This document shows positions 53,437-61,612 of a stretch of DNA of 64,000 nucleotides, in pieces. How positions within the stretch are numbered: position 1 is the first letter of the stretch; each line of letters opens with the position of its first letter. The notes under the pieces are model-generated. The model was not told the DNA's origin. It did not search any database and worked only from the letters and a program-made list of their open reading frames with translations. The position numbers and the translations under genes were made by a program. Source of the stretch: a virus (taxonomy: Duplodnaviria; Caudoviricetes); IMG/VR virus record IMGVR_UViG_3300042883_001293; one strand, given 5' to 3'.

Positions 53437-53550
53437 ATGCGCTACATGATCGCCGCCGTGCTGCTGTGCCTGCTATGGGAACCGATCCGCCCCGTCCGCA
53501 GTGTGACAGCTCAGGCACTGTACACTGCAGGCGACATGATCGCCCGCTGA
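53437..53550 (+). CDS. Small membrane protein (37 aa)
   Basis: Own translation MRYMIAAVLLCLLWEPIRP. Confidence 0.5.
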   Translation: MRYMIAAVLLCLLWEPIRPVRSVTAQALYTAGDMIAR

Positions 53551-53585
53551 CCCCCTATACTGATCTCAGTTCACCACCTGAACCC

Positions 53586-53852
53586 ATGGCAACCGCAACC
53601 CGCACCCACCAGACCAACCTGCTGGATGTCACCTACAACGGTTGGACTAATTACAAGACCTGGAATGTTGTTCTCTGGATTGAGAACGATGAGGGCATTC
53701 AAGACTACATTCAGGAGCATCACATCTGCTGCTATGAGGAGATGATCGAAGCACTCTATGAGTGTGGCAGCACTGAGACCCCCGATGGGGTGAAGTGGAA
53801 CGATCCTGAGATCAACCGTGCTGAGATCAACGGCGACGTGTTCGATTTCTAA
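53586..53852 (+). CDS. Conserved phage protein (YNGWTNY.TW.V.LWI.ND; DUF7249-like)
   Basis: Motif recognised; ATG after repeated leader. Confidence 0.75.
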   Translation: MATATRTHQTNLLDVTYNGWTNYKTWNVVLWIENDEGIQDYIQEHHICCYEEMIEALYECGSTETPDGVKWNDPEINRAEINGDVFDF

Positions 53853-53897
53853 ACTGGCACACGGGGCGCCCAGCGCCCCTCCCCGACCCCCTATACT
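53838..53897 (+). promoter_or_regulatory. Early dyad + -10
   Basis: actggcaca; TATACT 30 bp downstream; leader gatctcagttcaccacctgaacc shared with 53560 and 54612. Confidence 0.65.
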
Positions 53898-53924
53898 GAT
53901 CTCAGTTCACCACCTGAACCGACC

Positions 53925-54101
53925 ATGACCCAACAGCAACTGCTCCAGAACGCCCGCAACGTGATCATCGGCATGACCGATGCCCAGCGCACCTGCCTGA
54001 AGACCGCCGCCATCGCCAAGGGGCGCACCGCCCAGCAGGTGAGCAAGGCAGGCACCATGCGCCTGGCGCTCTGGGTGAGCAAGGGCACCAGCGCAATCTG
54101 A
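53925..54101 (+). CDS. Hypothetical early protein (58 aa)
   Basis: Own translation. Confidence 0.55.
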   Translation: MTQQQLLQNARNVIIGMTDAQRTCLKTAAIAKGRTAQQVSKAGTMRLALWVSKGTSAI

Positions 54102-54167
54102 CCCCTACGGGGGGCGCTCCTGCCCCCCCTTCCATGCTACAATTCTCTCAGTTCAAACGACCCCACC

Positions 54168-54329
54168 ATGCGCTTCGAAGTCCGCTACCAGACCCCCTAC
54201 GGTGAGCAGCAGTGGCGCTCCCAGTGGTTCAAAGACCTGGAGGAGGCAGAGCGTATGGTAGACTTCTACCGCTCCTGCGGATCGCCCTCCCACATCGCTC
54301 CCTCCTCCCTGGCACAACTGGAACGCTGA
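54168..54329 (+). CDS. Conserved cyanophage early protein (53 aa)
   Basis: MRFEVRYQTPY..QWRSQWF...RMVDFYRSCGSP. Confidence 0.65.
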   Translation: MRFEVRYQTPYGEQQWRSQWFKDLEEAERMVDFYRSCGSPSHIAPSSLAQLER

Positions 54330-54386
54330 TCAACGGGAATGGGTGCGCCCTTAAAGACGCCCAGCAACTCTAATCCTGAAACCACG

Positions 54387-54536
54387 ATGACACGCGACCT
54401 TGCGCTTTCTCTCCTCCGCTCTGGCAACAACGGCGCACAAATCCTCCAAATTCTTGACTCTATTGTTCTGGGGGATAGTGTTGACGAATGTGATGAGTAT
54501 GGTGCAGACCCTACACTTGATGCCATCGACTTCTGA
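54387..54536 (+). CDS. Conserved cyanophage early protein (49 aa)
   Basis: MTRDLALSLLRSGNNG. Confidence 0.6.
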   Translation: MTRDLALSLLRSGNNGAQILQILDSIVLGDSVDECDEYGADPTLDAIDF

Positions 54537-54635
54537 TCAGACTGTGCCAACCCGCTAGGCGGCACAGCGGAGGGCACCGCCCCTCCCCTTTGCCCCCTGA
54601 TCTGCTACAATTCTCTCAGTTCACCACCTGAACCG

Positions 54636-54878
54636 ATGACCGACCCCACCCCCCTGAAGACCATCCTCTGCCCCACCCGCTACCCGTTCGCTGTTGCCTA
54701 CGTGAAGGACGGTAAGATCGCCAGCACCATCGCCTACGCTACCACCCTGGAGGACTGCTACTTCCAGGTGCAGGGATGGCGCAGCAGCATGGGCAGCGCC
54801 GACTACATCATGGCAGAGCAGAAGGAGATCGGTGAGGAGACCCCCGATCGGGTGAACACGTACTGGGTGGCGGTCTGA
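54636..54878 (+). CDS. Hypothetical early protein
   Basis: ATG after TACAAT leader. Confidence 0.65.
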   Translation: MTDPTPLKTILCPTRYPFAVAYVKDGKIASTIAYATTLEDCYFQVQGWRSSMGSADYIMAEQKEIGEETPDRVNTYWVAV

Positions 54879-54936
54879 TCCGCCAGGGGGGCACACCCGC
54901 CCCCCATGCTACAATTCTCTCAACCGCAACCGACCG

Positions 54937-55122
54937 ATGACCGTGACCCTGACCCCCATCTCCACCAAGGCGAAGAACCGCCTGGCAAACCAGATGGCAG
55001 GCGACCCCGTGGTTGTGGTTGAGCAGCGCGACGGCAACGACCTGTTCTGCGTGAGCAGCAACGGCACCTGGTGCGCCTGGGTGAACTGCCTCACCGATCC
55101 GAACTGGGCAGTTCGCTTCTGA
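54937..55122 (+). CDS. KAKNRLAN-family protein, GC-rich paralog of 17692
   Basis: Protein similarity visible by eye. Confidence 0.75.
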   Translation: MTVTLTPISTKAKNRLANQMAGDPVVVVEQRDGNDLFCVSSNGTWCAWVNCLTDPNWAVRF

Positions 55123-55161
55123 CCTGCTACAGTACCCAAGCAACCGACACCCCCCCCCCCC

Positions 55162-55341
55162 ATGGCGATCTTCTCCCAGTGCTCCGACCTGCAGACCCGC
55201 GAAACCATGTGGGTTGCCCGTAAGACTGACGATGCCCCTCAGGATCGCTTCGCTGGGCAGATCAACCCTGCCGAAGGGTACTGGTGGGCAGCACGTTACG
55301 CCGAACGCTACGCCGACAACGTGGTGCCCCTGGAGGGTTGA
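55162..55341 (+). CDS. Hypothetical early protein (59 aa)
   Basis: Own translation; preceded by C12. Confidence 0.55.
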   Translation: MAIFSQCSDLQTRETMWVARKTDDAPQDRFAGQINPAEGYWWAARYAERYADNVVPLEG

Positions 55342-55366
55342 CCTCCTGCCCCCGACCCTGTAGAAT
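55338..55366 (+). promoter_or_regulatory. sigma70 promoter
   Basis: TTGACC-17-TAGAAT. Confidence 0.7.
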
Positions 55367-55391
55367 TCCAGAGCAAACCGCACCGCACCCG

Positions 55392-55616
55392 ATGACCACC
55401 GCCCTCCGCGACTGCCTCAACGTGTACGCCCCTGGCACCACCTTCTCTGACATCCTGTGGGATTGCTCCCACCCCGCCAACGACACCATCGCTTGGCACA
55501 TTGCCCTGGAGTCTGCAGAGATGCACTCCTGCCTCTACGACTTCCGCAAAGACTACGGGCACCTGCAGGGTGAGCGCATCGACTGCGGTGAGTTCCTCTC
55601 CTGGTTGGGGTACTGA
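55392..55616 (+). CDS. Hypothetical early protein
   Basis: ATG after repeated leader. Confidence 0.6.
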   Translation: MTTALRDCLNVYAPGTTFSDILWDCSHPANDTIAWHIALESAEMHSCLYDFRKDYGHLQGERIDCGEFLSWLGY

Positions 55617-55622
55617 TCCCTA

Positions 55623-55690
55623 CGGGGCACCTTGACGGGTGCCCCACCCACCCTGTAGAATTCCAGAGCAAACCGCAACGCACCCGATGC
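55623..55690 (+). repeat. Stem-loop sigma70 promoter + leader, direct-repeat copy 1
   Basis: ggggcacc-ttgac-gggtgcccc, TTGACG-18-TAGAAT; nearly identical to 55996-56063. Confidence 0.8.
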
Positions 55691-55989
55691 CTGCCACCAT
55701 CGCCACCGCCTTCACCCCCGACCAGATGCTCTACCTGGGGCACTCCGTGTTCAGCAGCGCCATGCGCTCCTGGGCACTGGTGATGAACAACGACAACGAT
55801 GCCGAACTGCTGGTCCTGTTCAACAGCAGCGACACCGTGTACCGCTACGCCTTCCGCGCCTGGGAGGATGCCCGCAACTGGGATGAGATACGCAAGCAGG
55901 GTGAGGAGGAGGATGCCGACCGCATCTCCTGGGGGCGCTGCTTCCACCGCTTCCTGAGCGAAGGGGCGATCCTGCCCATCGCCGCCTGA
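55687..55989 (+). CDS. KTSC-like early protein
   Basis: SSAM...LLVLFN...VYRY...SWGRCFH. Confidence 0.5.
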   Translation: MPATIATAFTPDQMLYLGHSVFSSAMRSWALVMNNDNDAELLVLFNSSDTVYRYAFRAWEDARNWDEIRKQGEEEDADRISWGRCFHRFLSEGAILPIAA

Positions 55990-55995
55990 ACCCTG

Positions 55996-56063
55996 CGGGG
56001 CACCTTGACGGGTGCCCCATCCACCCTGTAGAATTCCAGAGCACACCGCACCGCACCCGATGC
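55996..56063 (+). repeat. Stem-loop sigma70 promoter + leader, direct-repeat copy 2
   Basis: Only a few substitutions versus 55623-55690. Confidence 0.8.
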
Positions 56064-56320
56064 TCACCTCCATCATCCGCACCGCGATCCGCACCCGCCT
56101 GATCAACGACGGCCCGATGACCTGCAGCGACCTGGTTCGCGCCATGGGCATGGACCCCCGCCGCCATAAGGGCACCATTCACGCCCTCATGGTTGACATG
56201 GAGAAGGCAGGCACCCTGGATGCCACCCGCAGCGACAGCGGCAAGCGCGACCTCTGGTTCATCGTGCCCACCGCGATCCGCAAGCGTGATCGCCTTGCCG
56301 CCGCCATGGCAGGAGTCTGA
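56060..56320 (+). CDS. Winged helix-turn-helix DNA-binding protein
   Basis: L.NDGPMTCSDLVRAMG...TIH.LM.DMEKAG.L...KRDLWF. Confidence 0.6.
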   Translation: MLTSIIRTAIRTRLINDGPMTCSDLVRAMGMDPRRHKGTIHALMVDMEKAGTLDATRSDSGKRDLWFIVPTAIRKRDRLAAAMAGV

Positions 56321-56392
56321 TTCGTTCGTGGGGGTGGGTTGACTCCTGTCCCCCTACCGTCTACAATACGAGAGCACACCGCAACCGACCTG

Positions 56393-56689
56393 ATGGATTT
56401 CACCGTTACCCGCCTCCGTCGCCGTGGTCCCCGCAAGGGCGAGACTCTGACCCGCAACGCCCAGCACGGTGCTGGCGCCGCCGTGGGTTCTGTTCGTGAT
56501 TCTGACCTGCCCGCTGGTGGCGCCTCTCATGCCGTTGGCGCTGGCAAGGGCGTGACCATCACCCGCGTCGTGGGACTGGGCAGGCAGTGGGTTGGCGATA
56601 AAGACGCCAACGCCTCCCGCTTCGCCGCCCAGGCGAAGGCAGACCGAATCGCTGCTGCCCGTGACCGCCTGGCAGAGCGGCAGGGGTGA
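56393..56689 (+). CDS. Basic Gly/Ala-rich early protein
   Basis: TTGACT-17-TACAAT at 56339-67; ATG after leader. Confidence 0.6.
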   Translation: MDFTVTRLRRRGPRKGETLTRNAQHGAGAAVGSVRDSDLPAGGASHAVGAGKGVTITRVVGLGRQWVGDKDANASRFAAQAKADRIAAARDRLAERQG

Positions 56690-56934
56690 CAGTTCGTGGG
56701 GCGGCACACCCGCCCCTCATTCGTTCGTGACAGGGGCAGTTGTCGTTATAACGTTATCGTTATGGCGGCGGGCCGTGTTTTAAAAATCGATGGGTCCCAC
56801 CAGTCTACAAAGTGTTACGAAAGGCATCGATATAATAGACGAAAACAAAAAAAATTCCCAGGTAAAAAAATTGCAGAAAACCTTTAATAAAAAATTATAA
56901 ATCATATATAATTTCAAAAGAAATATCTATAAGA

Positions 56935-57111
56935 ATGAAAAAAAATTTCGGAGAGGAAAAACGCCCCATACAGATTGATCCAATTAGTGGTGAGTATTAC
57001 ATTACTATTCCAGAATGGATTATGAATGACTTGTCTTGGTACGAAGATACAGAGATTAATTTTTTAGTAGAAAACAAAGACATTATTCTTTCAGAGTCCA
57101 CAGGTCTTTGA
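56935..57111 (+). CDS. AbrB/MazE-like small regulator (58 aa)
   Basis: Own translation GEYYITIPEWIMNDLSWYEDTEINF. Confidence 0.6.
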   Translation: MKKNFGEEKRPIQIDPISGEYYITIPEWIMNDLSWYEDTEINFLVENKDIILSESTGL

Positions 57112-57115
57112 CATT

Positions 57116-57283
57116 ATGAAAGTTTATAGCATATACGCCAAAGAGAAATGCTTATATCATCTTATAAGTGAACAAGAGTTTGAAATTACATGGAAAACAC
57201 TCAAAAATATGGTCGGTTTAATGAAGACCGACTACAGTGTTGAGGACCTTTCATATGAAGAGGCGTTCATTGACATTGTATAG
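57116..57283 (+). CDS. Conserved cyanophage protein (55 aa)
   Basis: Own translation ...TWKTLKNMVGLMKTDY. Confidence 0.6.
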   Translation: MKVYSIYAKEKCLYHLISEQEFEITWKTLKNMVGLMKTDYSVEDLSYEEAFIDIV

Positions 57284-57298
57284 ATAATATTGTATGAT
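57270..57298 (+). promoter_or_regulatory. sigma70 promoter
   Basis: TTGACA-17-TATGAT. Confidence 0.65.
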
Positions 57299-57320
57299 AT
57301 GATTGTAACTACTTTCAATT

Positions 57321-58076
57321 ATGGCAAAAGGATTTACTGTTAAGGCAAAGGCACCACTTACAAGCCAAGAACCTGAATGGGATTACGACAAAGCAAGAGA
57401 AATGATCAGAGGCAAAAGCATTGTATTTTGCCTTCCTGGAAGAGGAGTTTCATATACTTATCTGAAAAATTTTGTACAACTTTGTTTTGATCTTGTTCAG
57501 TCTGGTGCAAGCATTCAAATTTCTCAAGATTATTCTTCCATGGTGAATTTTGCTCGTTGCAAATGCCTTGGAGCAAATGTACTTAGAGGTCCTGATCAAC
57601 TCCCCTGGGATGGAAAATTACAATATGACTATCAATTATGGATTGATAGTGACATTGTATTCAACACTCAGAACTTCTTACAATTGGTTCTGATGGAAAA
57701 AGACATCGCAGCTGGTTGGTACTGTACAGAAGACGGTATGACGACTTCTGTTGCACACTGGTTAGAAGAAGATGATTTCAGAACAAATGGTGGTGTGATG
57801 AATCACGAAACCATTGAAACCATGAGAAATCGTAAAAAACCATTTACAGTTGACTATACTGGATTTGGTTGGCTTTTAATCAAGCACGGAGTCTTTGAGA
57901 ACTCCGAAATGAAGTATCCATGGTTTGCACCAAAAATGCAAGTCTTTGAATCTGGTGAGGTTCAGGATATGTGTGGAGAAGATGTAAGTTTCTGTCTGGA
58001 TGCAAAGGAAGCAGGATTTGAAATTTGGTGCGACCCACGGGTACGAGTCGGTCACGAAAAAACAAGAATTATTTGA
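57321..58076 (+). CDS. Conserved cyanomyophage glycosyltransferase-like (GT-A) protein
   Basis: LWIDSD DxD motif, TGFGW.LIK..VFE, GEDVSFC, VGH. Confidence 0.7.
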   Translation: MAKGFTVKAKAPLTSQEPEWDYDKAREMIRGKSIVFCLPGRGVSYTYLKNFVQLCFDLVQSGASIQISQDYSSMVNFARCKCLGANVLRGPDQLPWDGKLQYDYQLWIDSDIVFNTQNFLQLVLMEKDIAAGWYCTEDGMTTSVAHWLEEDDFRTNGGVMNHETIETMRNRKKPFTVDYTGFGWLLIKHGVFENSEMKYPWFAPKMQVFESGEVQDMCGEDVSFCLDAKEAGFEIWCDPRVRVGHEKTRII

Positions 58077-58244
58077 ATGTCTGACAATACACGCTATAAT
58101 GTTTTTTGTAAGGGTCGGAAGATTTATTCCGACTTAGATCAAGAGTCATTCTTTGACGTGATGGAGGATCTGGCACAATCATTTTATGAGAGTGGCACAC
58201 CAGAACCTTCTGATATTACTACAGAACTTATTGGAGAAAATTAA
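58077..58244 (+). CDS. Conserved cyanophage protein (55 aa)
   Basis: Own translation. Confidence 0.6.
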   Translation: MSDNTRYNVFCKGRKIYSDLDQESFFDVMEDLAQSFYESGTPEPSDITTELIGEN

Positions 58245-58400
58245 ATGGCAGTGAAAGCAAAAGGTGGTTTGAATAAGAACTCTTCTTATATTCCCGGACC
58301 ACCGAAGAAATCTCGTCAAGGAGATGGTGCAGGTACTAAATACGCAGCGACTTCTCGTAATGGAGCACGTAAAAAGTATAGGGGACAAGGTAAAGGATGA
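58245..58400 (+). CDS. Small basic conserved cyanophage protein (51 aa)
   Basis: PKKSRQGDG..TKYAATSRNGARKKYRGQGK. Confidence 0.65.
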   Translation: MAVKAKGGLNKNSSYIPGPPKKSRQGDGAGTKYAATSRNGARKKYRGQGKG

Positions 58401-59008
58401 GTTACTTCCTGGATGTCAACGAAGAATGGAATCAAATAAACCCTAAAGACATCTGGGCATACAATAAATTATCATTGAGTCGGATTTTGGAGTATCAATG
58501 TGGTCCTACAGGCACCACAGTTCCAAAGTCCGACTTTTATATTGTCCGTCCATGCATTAATTTGCTTGGTATGGGTCGTTTGTCTCGTAAAGAATGGATA
58601 GAAGATAAGACTAATCACTTTCACCCTTCGGAATTTTGGTGTGAAATCTTTCAAGGACCACATTTAAGCGTTGATTTTTATGAAAAAAAGTCAAAATTGG
58701 TGGTTTTAGGTGAAAAAAATGCTGATGATCCATTATACAAGTGGCGTAAATGGACTAGAATAGATGTAGAAGTAGATTTTCCTTCAATTTTATGCGATTT
58801 GGTTGGTAATTATGAATGGATTAATTGTGAATTTATTGGAAATCACTTAATTGAAGTGCAATTTCGCCAAAATCCCGACTTTCGTTATGGAAATTCAGTC
58901 GCAATTCCTATTTGGGAGAAAAAACACATTAAAAATATTCAAAATTATAAATTTATAAATGATAATGAGTACGATGCTTATTTAAGAAAAGGATTTTATG
59001 TCGATTAA
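58397..59008 (+). CDS. Hypothetical protein (possible ATP-grasp-like)
   Basis: ORF track; ...EFIGNHLIEVQFR.NPDF. Confidence 0.65.
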   Translation: MSYFLDVNEEWNQINPKDIWAYNKLSLSRILEYQCGPTGTTVPKSDFYIVRPCINLLGMGRLSRKEWIEDKTNHFHPSEFWCEIFQGPHLSVDFYEKKSKLVVLGEKNADDPLYKWRKWTRIDVEVDFPSILCDLVGNYEWINCEFIGNHLIEVQFRQNPDFRYGNSVAIPIWEKKHIKNIQNYKFINDNEYDAYLRKGFYVD

Positions 59009-59060
59009 GGGATAGAAACCCCTTAAAAAGTTCTGATATTAACCTTTTAGAACAAAAACA

Positions 59061-59312
59061 ATGGCAATCAATCCAAATCCAGACAGAAATTCTGATTATA
59101 TGTACAAAATGTGGGGAACAACGAAATTAGTAACAGATTATGATATGCTTGATGGTAAAAAAGTCATTCAAGAAATTATGCATGACGAAATTCCGACAAA
59201 AAAACACCATTTGAAAGAGCAATCTCAACTTCATAAAACAATTCGTAATGATGAAAACTATGACGATTGGGAGTACGGAACGGAACCAAATTATGGAGAA
59301 ACTTGGGCATAA
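59061..59312 (+). CDS. Conserved cyanophage hypothetical protein
   Basis: ORF track. Confidence 0.7.
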   Translation: MAINPNPDRNSDYMYKMWGTTKLVTDYDMLDGKKVIQEIMHDEIPTKKHHLKEQSQLHKTIRNDENYDDWEYGTEPNYGETWA

Positions 59313-59315
59313 ATA
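59309..59315 (+). promoter_or_regulatory. Late promoter ATAAATA for baseplate operon
   Basis: Upstream of gp25. Confidence 0.6.
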
Positions 59316-59342
59316 AAATTAATGTAAAGTCTTGTTTGATAA

Positions 59343-59747
59343 GTGGCACAGGTACAGAGAATATCTCAATCATTTAAAGACATTAGTTTATCTCTTGATG
59401 TGCATCCAATTACAAAGGATCTTTTAATATTAAAGGATTCCGATGCAATTAAAAGATCAATACGAAATTTAATACAGACAATTCCAGGAGAAAGATTTTT
59501 TAATTCTTCTTTTGGATCTCAACTTAGGACAAGTTTATTTGATTTCGTAGATTTTGGTACTGCATCTGTGCTACAACAACAAATTGAAATTGCAATTTCA
59601 AATTATGAACCAAGAGTTGAAAATGTAGAGGTTGAAGTTATTCCAAGACCTAATGACAATAACTTTGAAATTACAGTCTACTTTGATATTATCGGACAAG
59701 ACTTTCCAGCTCAAGAATTCAATTACATTTTAGAGGCAACAAGATAA
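59343..59747 (+). CDS. gp25: Baseplate wedge subunit gp25
   Basis: AIKRSIRNLI.T..GER.F...FGS...YEPRV. Confidence 0.9.
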   Translation: MAQVQRISQSFKDISLSLDVHPITKDLLILKDSDAIKRSIRNLIQTIPGERFFNSSFGSQLRTSLFDFVDFGTASVLQQQIEIAISNYEPRVENVEVEVIPRPNDNNFEITVYFDIIGQDFPAQEFNYILEATR

Positions 59748-59748
59748 A

Positions 59749-61611
59749 ATGCCTTTTACCAAATTCACAAACCTAGATTTTGACCAAATAAAGACATCCA
59801 TTAAGGATTATCTCCGTGCTAACTCCAATTTCACGGATTATGACTTTGAGGGATCAAATTTTTCTGTTCTTATTGATACTCTTGCATATAATACTTACAT
59901 AACGGCATTTAACTCAAACATGGCGGTAAATGAATCCTTTTTGGATTCTGCCACAGTAAGAGAAAATGTGGTTTCTCTCGCAAGAAACGTTGGTTATGTT
60001 CCAAGATCAAGAACCACGGCAAAAGCAACAATATCATTTTCAATAGAAACTTCAAGTACAGAAGCTCAACTTATTTTAAAAGCAGGTTTAGTTTGTGTAG
60101 GTAACGTAGATAATAGTTCTTATGTTTTTTCTGTTCCAGAAGACATTACTGCACCCATTATCAATGGAATTGCAACTTTCAGCAACATTGAAGTTCATCA
60201 AGGAGTATATTTAACAAAACAGTTTACTATTGATAATTCAATCAATCAAAGATTTGTTTTAGATAATTCTAATATTGATACTAATACATTAGTTGTAAAA
60301 GTTGGAACAAGAGAATATAGAAAAATAGATAATATTTTAAACTTAGACGGAGATTCTGAAATATATTTAATTCAAGAAATTACTGATGAAAAATATGAAC
60401 TTTTATTTGGCGATGGTATATTAGGAAAAAAACTTACAAGTGGAGAAACAATAAGAGTAAGTTATATCACCACAGATGGAAGAGAAGGTAATGGACCTTC
60501 CTTATTTTCTTACTCGGGGACAACTGTAGATTCTCTTGATAGAGTTGTATATCCAACAAATACTGTTTCTATAACAACTAATATAAGAGCAAATGGCGGT
60601 GGTGATATAGAACCAATTGAATCAATAAAGTATTTTGCACCGAGAGTCTATTCTTCACAATATCGAGCGGTAACTTCAATCGATTATGAAGCAATTATTC
60701 AAAAAATTTATCCAGATACAGAATCAGTTTCTGTAGTTGGTGGTGAAGAATTAGATCCTCCACAATATGGAAATGTATTGATTAGTATCAAACCTAAAAA
60801 TGGAACGACTCTTTCAGATTTTACCAAAACTAGAATTTTAACAGACTTAAAAAAATATTCTGTATCTGGAATTAATCAACAACTTATAGATCTTAAATTA
60901 CTTTATGTTGAAATTGAAAGTTATGTTTATTACAATTCTTCTTTGGCATCGAATGCTAACGATGTGAAAACTAAAATATTATCTACTTTAAGTAAATATG
61001 CAAAATCTATAGATTTAAATAAATTTGGTGGAAGATTTAAATATAGTAAAACACTACAAATAATTGATAATGTAGATTCTTCAATAACGTCGAATATTAC
61101 TCGCGTTAAAATGAGAAGAAATATGAATTGTGTTTTAAATACTTTTGCACAGTACGAAATATGCTTTGGGAACAAGTTTCATAAAAATATAGGTGGTTAT
61201 ACGATAAAAAGCACAGGATTTAAAATATTAGGAGATCAAGACACTGTTTATTTTGTTGACGTGCCAATTGAAAATAGTAATGTAGGAACACTTTCAATTG
61301 TAAAACCTAATGAAGATTTTACAAATTATCAAATTGTTAAAAAATCAATAGGAACCGTAGATTATGTTAAAGGAGAAATCATAGTAAATACGATAAATGT
61401 TGTATCTACAGAGTTAGATAATGGTGTTATAGAGATTCAAGCATATCCCGAATCTAACGATATTGTTGGATTAAAAGATCTTTATTTAATTTTTGATATT
61501 TCAAAAAGCACCATAAATATGGTAAAAGATACTATTGCGTCTGGTGATAAAATATCTGGTGTAGACTTCTTAGTAACTTCAAGCTATTCAAACGGAAAAA
61601 TAACGAGGTAA
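59749..61611 (+). CDS. gp6: Baseplate wedge subunit gp6
   Basis: LDFDQIK..IKDYL...FTDYDFEGSN...LAYNTY...Q.RAVT..DYE. Confidence 0.9.
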   Translation: MPFTKFTNLDFDQIKTSIKDYLRANSNFTDYDFEGSNFSVLIDTLAYNTYITAFNSNMAVNESFLDSATVRENVVSLARNVGYVPRSRTTAKATISFSIETSSTEAQLILKAGLVCVGNVDNSSYVFSVPEDITAPIINGIATFSNIEVHQGVYLTKQFTIDNSINQRFVLDNSNIDTNTLVVKVGTREYRKIDNILNLDGDSEIYLIQEITDEKYELLFGDGILGKKLTSGETIRVSYITTDGREGNGPSLFSYSGTTVDSLDRVVYPTNTVSITTNIRANGGGDIEPIESIKYFAPRVYSSQYRAVTSIDYEAIIQKIYPDTESVSVVGGEELDPPQYGNVLISIKPKNGTTLSDFTKTRILTDLKKYSVSGINQQLIDLKLLYVEIESYVYYNSSLASNANDVKTKILSTLSKYAKSIDLNKFGGRFKYSKTLQIIDNVDSSITSNITRVKMRRNMNCVLNTFAQYEICFGNKFHKNIGGYTIKSTGFKILGDQDTVYFVDVPIENSNVGTLSIVKPNEDFTNYQIVKKSIGTVDYVKGEIIVNTINVVSTELDNGVIEIQAYPESNDIVGLKDLYLIFDISKSTINMVKDTIASGDKISGVDFLVTSSYSNGKITR

Positions 61612-61612
61612 T

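Noticed and set aside
11380-54566. Dyad repeats as a CRISPR or integron attC array
   Set aside because: Intervals are whole genes or operons of 0.2-8 kb, each copy has a fixed-distance -10, and no integrase or recombinase gene is visible in the window
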